Shown: positions 27,389 to 35,925 of the stretch, piece after piece
Numbering within the stretch: position 1 is the first letter of the stretch
How the letters are laid out: every line of letters starts with the position of its first letter
Notes under the pieces: model-generated
What the model was told of the DNA's origin: nothing
Database searches by the model: none
What the model saw: the letters and a program-made list of their open reading frames with translations, nothing else
Position numbers and translations under genes: made by a program
NCBI GenBank assembly: GCA_963759005.1
Contig: CAVWXQ010000017.1
Location: forward strand, 24,833-88,832
Direction of reading: 5' to 3'
From: an uncultured Gammaproteobacteria bacterium
GTDB lineage: Bacteria > Pseudomonadota > Gammaproteobacteria > SZUA-229
DNA: 64,000 bases

Positions 27389-29545
27389 TTAAGTTGTTAG
27401 TCTTCTATAAATATCCGATACTTTAAGCGGCAATTGTGCCACATCACTAATAACAGAATAATTCGCCGCGCCATACATATGTGGCAGATAATCACGTGCT
27501 TCTTCATCGATGGTTATACAGTAGGGGTGAATACCATCGCGATGCGCTTCATATAATGCCTGTCGCGTATCTTCTACACCGTATTCGCCTCTATAGGTGT
27601 CATAATCATCCGGTTTACCATCGGAGATGGTAATGAGTAATTTTGTTGATGCTTCGACTTCGTTAAAGAGTCGTGTCATGTGGCGAATGAAAACGCCCAT
27701 GCGAGTATAATCTTTAGGCTGTATGTTAGAAATGCGTCCTTTAATTTCATCGTTGTACTCTTCATCAAATGCTTTTATCTTGTATAACTCGCAGCGTGTG
27801 CGGGTTACACCCGAAAAGCCGTATATAGCGAATCGGTCTCCCAGTATCTGTATGACTTCAGAAAGTAAAATTAATGATTCACGTTCTGCGTCATTGATCC
27901 AGCCTTTGGTTGAGCCGCTCATGTCGACCATAAACATAACGGCCACGTTTCTTTCTTCCTTGTGCATTTTGGTGAACAGTCGGTCAGTCATTTCCAACCC
28001 GCTTTTTACATCGCCGTATGCTTCGACTAAAGCATCGATATCGATATCGTCACCGTATACCTGTTTTTTAAGTAACTTGTCTTCACCGCGCAGAATCTCG
28101 AATGTGTGTCGCAGGCTTTTTAATAAACCTTTATGCTTGTCTAATGTGTTTGCAACGAAGTCATCATATTTGGATTCTATTTCGAGTTCACGCAGTACAC
28201 ACCAGTTTTTATGGTAATGCTGTCGTTTGAAATTCCATTCGTTATATAACTCAGCGCCTTCTTCATGATAAGTGCCTTGCCAGACATCATTCGGATTGAG
28301 CAGCGCTTCTTCATATTTTTTTAAATCGTATTCACCCGGCCCTGCTGCATGAAGATGTTCTGGTGGGATTTCACCAAAATCGACTATAATGGAAGTTATC
28401 AATTCTTTAACATGATCAGGTAATGGCATAAGTTCGCCTTCGAGTTCTAATTCGATTACGCCCGAATTGGACTGTTGATCGTTTTCGTTGCTATCTTTAT
28501 TTCTAACGGTAAAGGTTGTGCCAGTATCAGCTTCAGGCTGATCATCCGAAGAATCAGCGTTTTTCTTCATCGATTCTTTAGCCAGTTCACTTAATGCAAT
28601 TCGAAAATAGGCTTTTTCTTTTTCAATGCGTTTTTGCATGACATAGCTAACCTGGTCAAGTTTTAATGTGCCCTGGTAGCAAAGAGGCTCTGGAAATTGT
28701 TTTTCCTCAAGCAATTGTATGCAATATAGCGTGTCATCGACGCAAGCGTTATGAGCAGAAAGTTTTTCTATTATTTTGTTCCAGTTATCTGGAGGTGATT
28801 GTTCATTGTGGTTGCTGGTTTTCTGTTTCAATATTTGCATGTCACGATACAAACCAGGTAGTTCACGTTTGATACATGCTTCAAGACGAATAGTTTCCAG
28901 TGCCGATATTTTTTTTAACTGGGCCTCTGGGTCTGCGCAATCAAGTACTTTATCGAATGGAAGACGAAAAGTACCAAATTGAATCTGTGCCCAGAGGTGA
29001 GCAACTGTAGCCTTATAGATTAAAAAATTATCTTTAGATTCTTCCAGTAAAGCAGTAATGGAAGGAAGAAATATTGTTTCGGTATCTGTGTAAGCGTGGC
29101 TGTCTTCAGACTCTGTAATTTTTAATTTTCTGCCGGAAAGCCCATGAACAAATGGTAATAATACAGATATTTCTTCATTTAGTACCGCTCCACAGGCTTT
29201 GACGTGGGCAGTGTGAACGTAATTATCCAGATCGCGAATTACTGTCATCGCAGGGGTTAAGCCTTTGCGGTCGTAATTGTCTGTTGCCGTCATGGCCCAT
29301 GCTTCGACCATGTGTTGATCCATGGCTTGCAGAGCCCTAATGGAATTCAGGGTGAACTGAAAGGCCAGTTCCTCGTTGGTTGCGGAAATGCGTCTACATA
29401 AATTTAAAATAAAATCCTGAATGCTTCGGGGTTGTTTAACAATGAGTTCTGCAGCGTCTTCACTTTTGATAAATGTAAATTCGGCGTCGTAGTAAACATC
29501 AAGTGATTTGATGATCTCTTCAAAGGTAAGTGCGGGACGAGGCAT
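27389..29545 (-). CDS. CbbO/NorD-type von Willebrand factor A protein
   Basis: C-terminal VWA domain with MIDAS DMSGS. Lies directly downstream of the CbbQ/NorQ ATPase. Start taken at MPRPALTFEE (29545) rather than the overlapping upstream ATG. Confidence 0.85.
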   Translation of the reverse strand: MPRPALTFEEIIKSLDVYYDAEFTFIKSEDAAELIVKQPRSIQDFILNLCRRISATNEELAFQFTLNSIRALQAMDQHMVEAWAMTATDNYDRKGLTPAMTVIRDLDNYVHTAHVKACGAVLNEEISVLLPFVHGLSGRKLKITESEDSHAYTDTETIFLPSITALLEESKDNFLIYKATVAHLWAQIQFGTFRLPFDKVLDCADPEAQLKKISALETIRLEACIKRELPGLYRDMQILKQKTSNHNEQSPPDNWNKIIEKLSAHNACVDDTLYCIQLLEEKQFPEPLCYQGTLKLDQVSYVMQKRIEKEKAYFRIALSELAKESMKKNADSSDDQPEADTGTTFTVRNKDSNENDQQSNSGVIELELEGELMPLPDHVKELITSIIVDFGEIPPEHLHAAGPGEYDLKKYEEALLNPNDVWQGTYHEEGAELYNEWNFKRQHYHKNWCVLRELEIESKYDDFVANTLDKHKGLLKSLRHTFEILRGEDKLLKKQVYGDDIDIDALVEAYGDVKSGLEMTDRLFTKMHKEERNVAVMFMVDMSGSTKGWINDAERESLILLSEVIQILGDRFAIYGFSGVTRTRCELYKIKAFDEEYNDEIKGRISNIQPKDYTRMGVFIRHMTRLFNEVEASTKLLITISDGKPDDYDTYRGEYGVEDTRQALYEAHRDGIHPYCITIDEEARDYLPHMYGAANYSVISDVAQLPLKVSDIYRRLTT

Positions 29546-29567
29546 GTTTCGATTATTTTGCTTTGTT

Positions 29568-30380
29568 TTAAAACAATGAAGATGATAGTTCGTGCATGGC
29601 AACCATCATATCAGCATCATCAGTGATGGCCTGAGAGATTGCAGTTTTGCAAGCGAGAACCGGTGAAATACCTTCGTGAATAAGTTTTGCGGCATGTACT
29701 AACAAACGGGTAGAAGCGCCTTCATCAAGTCCGCTGCCTTTAAGGTCGCGTGTCATGTGCGCGAATTTGACCAGCAGGTTAGCGGTGGCTGCATCGATGT
29801 CAGTCTCTTTGATGATAATCTCAGCTTCTAGAGCGGCATCAGGATAATCAAATTCAAGCGCAACAAAGCGTTGACGAGTACTTTGCTTTAAGTCCTTCAT
29901 GACACTTTGATAACCCGGGTTATATGAGATAGCTAAACAAAACTCAGGCGTGGCTTCAATTATTTCGCCGATCTTTTCCATGGGTAATACGCGGCGATCA
30001 TCTGCCAGCGGGTGGATTACCACGGTGGTGTCTTTGCGTGCCTCGACAATTTCATCAAGGTAACAGATCGCGCCATTGCGAACCGAACGTGCTAAAGGGC
30101 CATCAACCCAGACGGTTTCACCACCTGAAATTAAGAATCGTCCAACCAGATCGGATGCTGTTAAATCATCGTGGCAGGAAACCGTAATCAATGGTCTTTT
30201 GAGGCGCCATGCCATGTGTTCCATAAATCGTGTTTTACCACAACCGGTAGGGCCTTTAAGTAGTACCGGTAATGCCTGTCTATAGGCAGCTTCGAAAATG
30301 GCAATTTCATCACCAACTGACTGGTAATAAGGTTCATTTATTATGAAATATTCTTCAGGTTTTAGGGCTTTGCTTTGCAT
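29568..30380 (-). CDS. CbbQ/NirQ/NorQ family MoxR-type AAA+ ATPase
   Basis: Walker A GPTGCGKT; ~270-aa CbbQ-like length and sequence (YYQSVGDE..., HPLADDRRVLP). Confidence 0.9.
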   Translation of the reverse strand: MQSKALKPEEYFIINEPYYQSVGDEIAIFEAAYRQALPVLLKGPTGCGKTRFMEHMAWRLKRPLITVSCHDDLTASDLVGRFLISGGETVWVDGPLARSVRNGAICYLDEIVEARKDTTVVIHPLADDRRVLPMEKIGEIIEATPEFCLAISYNPGYQSVMKDLKQSTRQRFVALEFDYPDAALEAEIIIKETDIDAATANLLVKFAHMTRDLKGSGLDEGASTRLLVHAAKLIHEGISPVLACKTAISQAITDDADMMVAMHELSSSLF

Positions 30381-30487
30381 AGTTTTTATTGATGAAGGTT
30401 AGGTTGTCTGTATTTGACCAAATGTTAGGTCTGTTGTCGAATTTGAGTTAATCAAAAAAGGAATTATTTTCCATAATAGACTAAGGG

Positions 30488-31549
30488 TTAAATATCAGTT
30501 ATAATGCATACAGTGATTTCTTCGCGGTCGTGATACAGGTGTTTTGCCTGAATAGTGTGTTTGATATTTACTTCTGACAGCTTCTGATGAAGCAGGTCGA
30601 TGCACTCATGCACCGATGCCAGGCGTTTTTTCATCGGTAGTTTTAAATTGAATATTGCATTTGTGCATTGTTTGTTGGTGAACCAGCGTGCAATTAAACG
30701 GCTGACATGCAAAGGCCTTTCTGCCATATCGCAAATCAACCAGTCTATCTGTTTCTTCGGCGTGTAGGTGAAGGCATCTGTCTGTAAATGTTCGACCATA
30801 CCCGTTTGCATCAGCGCTTGTTGCATAGGACCATTGTCTATGGCGGTGACCAGGCAATCACGCTGTACAAATTGCCAGGTCCAGCCACCCGGTGCTGCGC
30901 CCAGATCGACCACGGTCATGCCGTTTTTAATTAATTGCGTTTGTTGTGCTGTCGATAAAAACCAGTGTATCGCTTCTTCCAGTTTTAATGTCGAGCGACT
31001 GGGTGCTGCACCAGGCATTTTTAATCTGCTTATGCCCATAATGTCAGCTGAACTGTTATCAATAGGTGCAATACCAATGGTCAGGTGAAGCGAGTCAGTA
31101 AAAAAAAGATGCAGGCGCCAGTGAGAATGCGCAGATAATAGTTGATGCTTTTTCAGCGCATTAAAAAGATGCGGTTTAAACTGTTTGCAAAATTTGCTCA
31201 GTGATTTGCCTTCATTGGTATCTACATAATCCAGTTCTACATCATAAAAAGTTTCGTTAAACATTTTGACAGTGTTTAAAATGTCTGGAAGCCGGTTTGT
31301 TTCAGGTAGTGTGATGCTACTTTTGCTAGCGGCAAACCACTGACGAGTAAAAATTAATTGTCGAAAATTTATTTTTGTTATCAATTCGCTGGTATTTACT
31401 TCACTACTACTCACCAGTGATACATAAGCTGACGATTCCTTAGTTTGAATGTAAGCAGGGAACTGCTGCCTGTTTGCCAGTTCCATGATTTCGCCTGCGC
31501 ATTCTTTTTCAAAACCCGGACGACACAATAGGATGATTCGGTTAAACAT
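30488..31549 (-). CDS. rlmM: 23S rRNA (cytidine2498-2'-O)-methyltransferase
   Basis: N-terminal LLCRPGFEKE THUMP-like start and the SAM motif DLGAAPGGWT. Confidence 0.85.
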   Translation of the reverse strand: MFNRIILLCRPGFEKECAGEIMELANRQQFPAYIQTKESSAYVSLVSSSEVNTSELITKINFRQLIFTRQWFAASKSSITLPETNRLPDILNTVKMFNETFYDVELDYVDTNEGKSLSKFCKQFKPHLFNALKKHQLLSAHSHWRLHLFFTDSLHLTIGIAPIDNSSADIMGISRLKMPGAAPSRSTLKLEEAIHWFLSTAQQTQLIKNGMTVVDLGAAPGGWTWQFVQRDCLVTAIDNGPMQQALMQTGMVEHLQTDAFTYTPKKQIDWLICDMAERPLHVSRLIARWFTNKQCTNAIFNLKLPMKKRLASVHECIDLLHQKLSEVNIKHTIQAKHLYHDREEITVCIITDI

Positions 31550-31639
31550 ATTGATTCATTATAGAAAGTAGGGTGTCAAAAGGTCGTTGACGCTGTACCA
31601 TATCGCCATTATTTATTGTTATAGTCGTTAGAGGATGCA

Positions 31640-31879
31640 ATGGAAACAAGTGAAGTTAAACGTATTATTGAAGCAGGGATTAATGGTTGTGAAGCCACGG
31701 TAACTGCAGATGGCACTAAGTATACCGCAATCGTGGTGTCAGATGAGTTTGAAGGGAAAACCATGGTGGCAGAACAAAAAATGGTTTATGCATTGGTGAA
31801 TGAGCACATTCAGAGTGGTGCGATTCATGCTTTGACCATTAAAGCGTATACAAAGTCAGAGTGGGCGGAACAGCAGTGA
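31640..31879 (+). CDS. BolA family protein
   Basis: 79-aa BolA/IbaG-like sequence (...VVSDEFEGKTMVAEQKMVYALV...IHALTIKAYT). Confidence 0.75.
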   Translation: METSEVKRIIEAGINGCEATVTADGTKYTAIVVSDEFEGKTMVAEQKMVYALVNEHIQSGAIHALTIKAYTKSEWAEQQ

Positions 31880-31938
31880 ATAATGAAAAGGCTGAGAGTT
31901 TGAAAACGTCCATTAGCGCTAGTTCAAAAACAATTTTC

Positions 31939-32121
31939 TTCCGCAAATACACGCAAATACACGCAAATACACGCAAATTTTTTAAAAAGTAAAAAAACAA
32001 ATTATCCACAGATGAACGCAGATGAACACTGATGTTTAAAAGCTAAAAAACGCTCTTATCTGAGTTTATCTGCGTTCATCTGTGGACTTAAATAGTTTTT
32101 AATTTGCTTGTATTTGCGGAA
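31939..32121. repeat. composite nested inverted-repeat element (outer CGCAAATACA x3.5 arms, inner TTATCCACAGATGAACGCAGATGAACACTGATG arms)
   Basis: 10-nt tandem repeat at 31942-31978 pairs with ATTTGCTTGTATTTGCGG at 32102-32119. Inner arms at 32002-32034 and 32056-32086. Confidence 0.8.
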
Positions 32122-32161
32122 AAATACTTTTAATGTTTATGATAGTCCGATTGCGTGAAAA

Positions 32162-32968
32162 TTAGCGTTTCAGGTAATTGCTGGCATTCACTTTTTCCTG
32201 GATGATTCTGATCATCTCTGGAAAAACTTTTGGTGCAGCAGCGATAATGTCGCCACTTTCCAGGTAACCGTCTTTATTTTCAAAGTCGCTAACAATGCCG
32301 CCCGCTTCCCTAACGATGAGGGCACCGGCTGCGATGTCCCAGGCTTTTAGGTTGAACTCCCAGAAACCGTCTATGCGACCCGCGGCCAACCAGGCAAGGT
32401 CAAGTGCGGCAGAACCCGGACGTCTGATTCCTGCGGTTTTTTTCATGAGTGCTTTCATGGTTTCCAGATAGGTATCAAGATAGCTTTGGTCATAATACGG
32501 GAATCCTGTGCCTAGCAGTGCATTCTCCAGCCCTTTGTGATTGGTAACACGAATTTTTTTATCATTAAGCATGGCACCATTGCCGCGTGATGCAGTGAAC
32601 AACTCCTGGGATATTGGGTCGTAGATAACGCCCACTTCCAGGCGGTTTTTATGCTTTAGCGCAATGGAAACGGAAAACTGAGGAAAGCCATGCAAAAAGT
32701 TTGTGGTACCATCGAGTGGGTCAATAATCCACTGAAACTCTGAATTTTCTATCTGTGATCCACTTTCTTCAGCAAGAATGCCGTGATCGGGGTAAGCATC
32801 TTTTATGGTGGCAATAATGGTTTCTTCCGCCATGTGGTCCACATTGCTGACAAAATCATTATTTTGTTTGGTGACGACTTTAAGGCGATCGATTCGATCC
32901 ATGTTGCGGACAATAATGTCGCCGGCAGCACGCGCAGCGCGTACCGCTATATTTACCATTGGTTGCAT
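32162..32968 (-). CDS. suhB: inositol-1-monophosphatase
   Basis: WIIDPLDGTTNF and WDIAAGALIV motifs; divergent from trmJ as in enterobacteria. Confidence 0.9.
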   Translation of the reverse strand: MQPMVNIAVRAARAAGDIIVRNMDRIDRLKVVTKQNNDFVSNVDHMAEETIIATIKDAYPDHGILAEESGSQIENSEFQWIIDPLDGTTNFLHGFPQFSVSIALKHKNRLEVGVIYDPISQELFTASRGNGAMLNDKKIRVTNHKGLENALLGTGFPYYDQSYLDTYLETMKALMKKTAGIRRPGSAALDLAWLAAGRIDGFWEFNLKAWDIAAGALIVREAGGIVSDFENKDGYLESGDIIAAAPKVFPEMIRIIQEKVNASNYLKR

Positions 32969-33007
32969 GTTATTTATTAAGGTAAGCTGAATAATTAATT
33001 AACTAGT

Positions 33008-33149
33008 AAAGTGCCTTGTACGAAGTAGATTTTTTATTAGGGTAAGGCGAAAATGGTTGAAAAAGCGCAGCTTACACGTAGTAAGTGAGCATTTAGAAAC
33101 CATTTTTAACGCAGCCATAATGAAAAAGATGCTTTGTACAAGGCGCTTT
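33008..33149. repeat. long imperfect palindrome (~50-bp arms) in the suhB/trmJ divergent spacer
   Basis: AAAGTGCCTTGTACGAAGTAGATTTTTTATTAGGGTAAGGCGAAAATGGTT pairs with AACCATTTTTAACGCAGCCATAATGAAAAAGATGCTTTGTACAAGGCGCTTT. Confidence 0.7.
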
Positions 33150-33182
33150 TAATTTGGGGCGTAGCATAGCAGAATTACCACC

Positions 33183-33941
33183 ATGACACAGCAAACAAAT
33201 CTCGCCTTACTGAAAAACATACGTATCGTGCTGGTGAACACCTCGCATCCAGGTAATATTGGCGCAGCTGCAAGGGCGATGAAAAATATGGGATTATCCC
33301 GTTTAACGCTGGTTGAACCAAAAGACTATCCCTCTTTAGAAGCGATAAGTCGGTCTGTTGGTGCGGTTGATATACTGGATAATGCTGTTGTGGTTAAAGA
33401 TTTGAATGAGGCGATTTCAGGTTGTGTCTGGGTGGCAGGCACCAGTGCGCGTCTGAGAACGATTGAGTGGCCGATTTTAGAGCCCAGAGAATGCGTGGAT
33501 AAATCACTGGAAACCATAGAGCAGGGTGACATTGCCATTGTGTTTGGTCGGGAGAATAGTGGTTTAAGCAATGATGAAATGGCCAAATGCAATGTACTAT
33601 TGCATATACCAACAGATCCTGATTTCAGTTCATTAAATATAGCTGCTGCGGTGCAGGTGGTTTGTTATGAATACCGCCTTGCCTTGATGACTAATAAAAT
33701 AACCAAGAAGAAAGGAAGTAAACATCGTTATGATGCATTGGCACATTCTAATCAAATGGAAGGCATGTATGAGCATTTGCACGAGGCATTAAGTTACCTC
33801 GGTTTTTTTGGTGCAAATAACTCTGATGTTGTAATGCGCCGCTTGAAAGGGTTGTTTAATCGCGCAAATGTCACGCAACGAGAATTAAGCATCGTGCGCG
33901 GTATATGTTCAGCAATACAGGATAAAAAACGGCCGCGTTAG
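33183..33941 (+). CDS. trmJ: tRNA (cytidine/uridine-2'-O)-methyltransferase
   Basis: SpoU/TrmH-type motifs (NIGAAARAMKNMG, VFGRENSGL). Confidence 0.85.
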   Translation: MTQQTNLALLKNIRIVLVNTSHPGNIGAAARAMKNMGLSRLTLVEPKDYPSLEAISRSVGAVDILDNAVVVKDLNEAISGCVWVAGTSARLRTIEWPILEPRECVDKSLETIEQGDIAIVFGRENSGLSNDEMAKCNVLLHIPTDPDFSSLNIAAAVQVVCYEYRLALMTNKITKKKGSKHRYDALAHSNQMEGMYEHLHEALSYLGFFGANNSDVVMRRLKGLFNRANVTQRELSIVRGICSAIQDKKRPR

Positions 33942-34137
33942 CTGTTTATGTTGTAATGGTGTTAAACCTAAATAAATCAGTTTAACCTACTGCGAACGAC
34001 CAATGCACTGAATCTACAAGACTTTCTCGAACATTTTGAACTCACCGTATGATACGTTTTCGCTCAAAATAACCGATAAAGTATCGTATATTCAGCACCT
34101 TGATCGCTCTCGCTACGATTCAACTGATTTATTCAGG

Positions 34138-34578
34138 TTAAAAGTCACTATGGTTGACCTGTATGTCGTCTGGAAATGGCTGACCTTTACCTTTTTCCAG
34201 ATAATCCTTCAGGCTTAACATAAACACTGCCCACTTGGTGCTGCAGTGTGCACACAAGCTGGTTTGTTGTGACCATTGCGTATGTGAGAAATTAATAAAG
34301 ATCTGTTCATCCGCTTTCACAAGATCAAATGTGATTATCGTGTCTTTCCACTCGCCTTCATTTTCAGTGCACTGCCAGACGACTTTTTTATCAGCGACCA
34401 GTTCCAGGATGGTCATCTCTATTTTTATGTTATTAAAATGAAAATATAACTTTCCATTTACTTCTGTGTTGCCCGTAGTGTTTGTCCACCAGCCGGACAA
34501 TCCATCTAATGTGGTAACGGCACGGTAAACTTTTTGAATATCAACTTTTACTCCGATTTGATGATAGATGTCTGCCAT
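34138..34578 (-). CDS. SRPBCC (AHSA1/START-like) domain protein
   Basis: 146-aa protein with the typical LSGWWT...W.C...W pattern of the Aha1-like SRPBCC family. Confidence 0.65.
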   Translation of the reverse strand: MADIYHQIGVKVDIQKVYRAVTTLDGLSGWWTNTTGNTEVNGKLYFHFNNIKIEMTILELVADKKVVWQCTENEGEWKDTIITFDLVKADEQIFINFSHTQWSQQTSLCAHCSTKWAVFMLSLKDYLEKGKGQPFPDDIQVNHSDF

Positions 34579-34642
34579 GCTGATCTCCTGTTTAGTCAGT
34601 CTTTGCTTGATAAATAATTAAAGCCAAGCGTTAACCATGCGA

Positions 34643-34984
34643 TTAAAAAACATAGCCGCCAAACGGGGTAATAATGCCCAGCCATTTAGTGCCCGTTAGT
34701 GTGAGTGCGTACAGGCTACCGCTGAATAAGATAATGCCCGCAAACATAAAGGCAGCGGCAGCGAGGTTGCAGCGGTTTGTGTCCTGTTTGTTTAATATGC
34801 CAATAAGTATCAGACCGATGCCGTGCATCATCTGGTAATCAGCAGCCGTTTTGAATGTGTTGAGATATTCGAAGCTTAATATATCTTTTAAACCGTGTGC
34901 AGCGAATGCGCCTGCTGCTACGGCAACAAATGCATTAAATGCGCCAAAAGCAATGATTAAATTGATCGTGTTTGATTTAGCCAT
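34643..34984 (-). CDS. DUF423 membrane protein
   Basis: Start taken at MAKSNTINL (34984). Four hydrophobic helices with AGAFAAHGL and GSLY blocks. Confidence 0.75.
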   Translation of the reverse strand: MAKSNTINLIIAFGAFNAFVAVAAGAFAAHGLKDILSFEYLNTFKTAADYQMMHGIGLILIGILNKQDTNRCNLAAAAFMFAGIILFSGSLYALTLTGTKWLGIITPFGGYVF

Positions 34985-35036
34985 TTTTAAAATCCTTGAA
35001 CAGTAATCTTGAATAGTAATATACTTCGAGAAATTT

Positions 35037-35133
35037 TTATTATTCGTATCATCCCTGATACTCACCCCTTTGGGGCTTAGGTAATAAATCGTTGCTGACG
35101 ATTTATTATTTGTATCATCCATGATACTCACCC
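35037..35133. promoter_or_regulatory. two copies of a 31-bp box containing a GTATCAT-N2/3-(A)TGATAC palindrome (operator-like)
   Basis: TTATTATTCGTATCATCCCTGATACTCACCC (35037-35067) and TTATTATTTGTATCATCCATGATACTCACCC (35103-35133), in the divergent DUF423/yajQ spacer. Confidence 0.5.
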
Positions 35134-35201
35134 TTATGTCCATGGATGGAACTATGTCGCGTTGCCATGGATGACAAAAGAGCGACTACAGGAGAGTTTG
35201 C

Positions 35202-35686
35202 ATGCCATCTTTTGATATTGTCGCTGAAGTCGACAGCCATGAATTAACCAATGCGGTTGACCAGATGAATCGTGAAGATTTCAAACCGGTTTGATTTTAA
35301 AGGCAGTGATGCAAAAGTCACACTTAAAAGAATACGAAATGAACTTTGAAGCAGCCAGTGATTTTCAGCTGAAACAGATGCGCGACATTATGGTGAATAA
35401 ACTGTCCAAACGCGGCATTGATAATCGTTGTCTGGACCGTGGCAAAGTAGATGAAAGAGGTTTGCGAGCCTATCAAACAATCACGGTAAAACATGGCATT
35501 GATAAAGAAGATGCTAAAAAAATCACTAAAATGATCAAAGAAAAGAAATTTAAGGTGCAGGCTGCTATCCAGGGTGAACAGGTACGTGTTACCGGTAAAA
35601 AACGTGATGATCTGCAGGATGTGATGGCTTTTCTGAAAGCTTCAGATATTGACTTGCCTTTGCAGTTTAATAATTTTAGAGATTAA
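35202..35686 (+). pseudogene. yajQ: YajQ family nucleotide-binding protein, interrupted by two 1-nt insertions
   Basis: AGGAG SD + MPSFDIVAEVDSHELTNAVDQMNRE, then frame +1 (ISNRFDFKGSDAKVTLK), then frame +1 again (EYEMNFEAASDFQ...FNNFRD). Length 485 nt = 161 codons + 2. Confidence 0.8.
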
Positions 35687-35698
35687 CGTTTTTATCTC

Positions 35699-35855
35699 CA
35701 GGGAAGGTCTGAATAAGTCCATCCGGGACTTCTCAAACCACGAAAAACCAAAAATGCGATTTTTGTATTTCTTCATTTTCAATGGCTTGTAGTCATCGAA
35801 AATGGTGGCACATCCATGTGCCGCGAAAGCTCTGACTTAATCAGAGCTTCCCTGG
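35699..35855. mobile_element. MITE-like element with 22-bp TIRs CCAGGGAAGGTCTGAATAAGTC / GACTTAATCAGAGCTTCCCTGG
   Basis: TIRs seen directly; family shared with 5010 and 12181. Confidence 0.7.
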
Positions 35856-35925
35856 TCATGACTGCAGTGCTTGCTGGTTTTACTTTGGCAAAATAAGTTT
35901 TTTAACCTGGTTGTGAGCTAGACGG

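Noticed and set aside
29546-29602. Upstream ATG extension of cbbO overlapping cbbQ by 35 nt, and similar N-terminal extensions of folD (40968-41060), DUF423 (34985-35143), gene A (18709-18828), gene I (25667-25774) and ppiD (49718-49768)
   Set aside because: The extensions add non-homologous residues. The internal starts match the family N-termini ([35 protein letters not shown] signal peptide, MKTLL, MLQAINDR), in several cases with an SD-like purine tract just upstream.
31942-31978. 10-nt tandem repeats, and the 0.8-kb tandem units at 23.5-25.8 kb, considered as a CRISPR array
   Set aside because: The repeat lengths (10 nt, or ~821 bp containing a gene) and the absence of unique spacers of 25-40 nt or cas genes do not fit CRISPR.
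13488-32087. DnaA-box sequences considered as a replication origin
   Set aside because: The boxes are single sites embedded in dispersed REP termini tens of kb apart. There is no box cluster, AT-rich unwinding element, or dnaA/dnaN/gidA neighbourhood.
34036-34218. 60-aa plus-strand ORF at the 3' end of the SRPBCC gene
   Set aside because: It overlaps the minus-strand CDS end, has a TTG start and carries no recognisable sequence.
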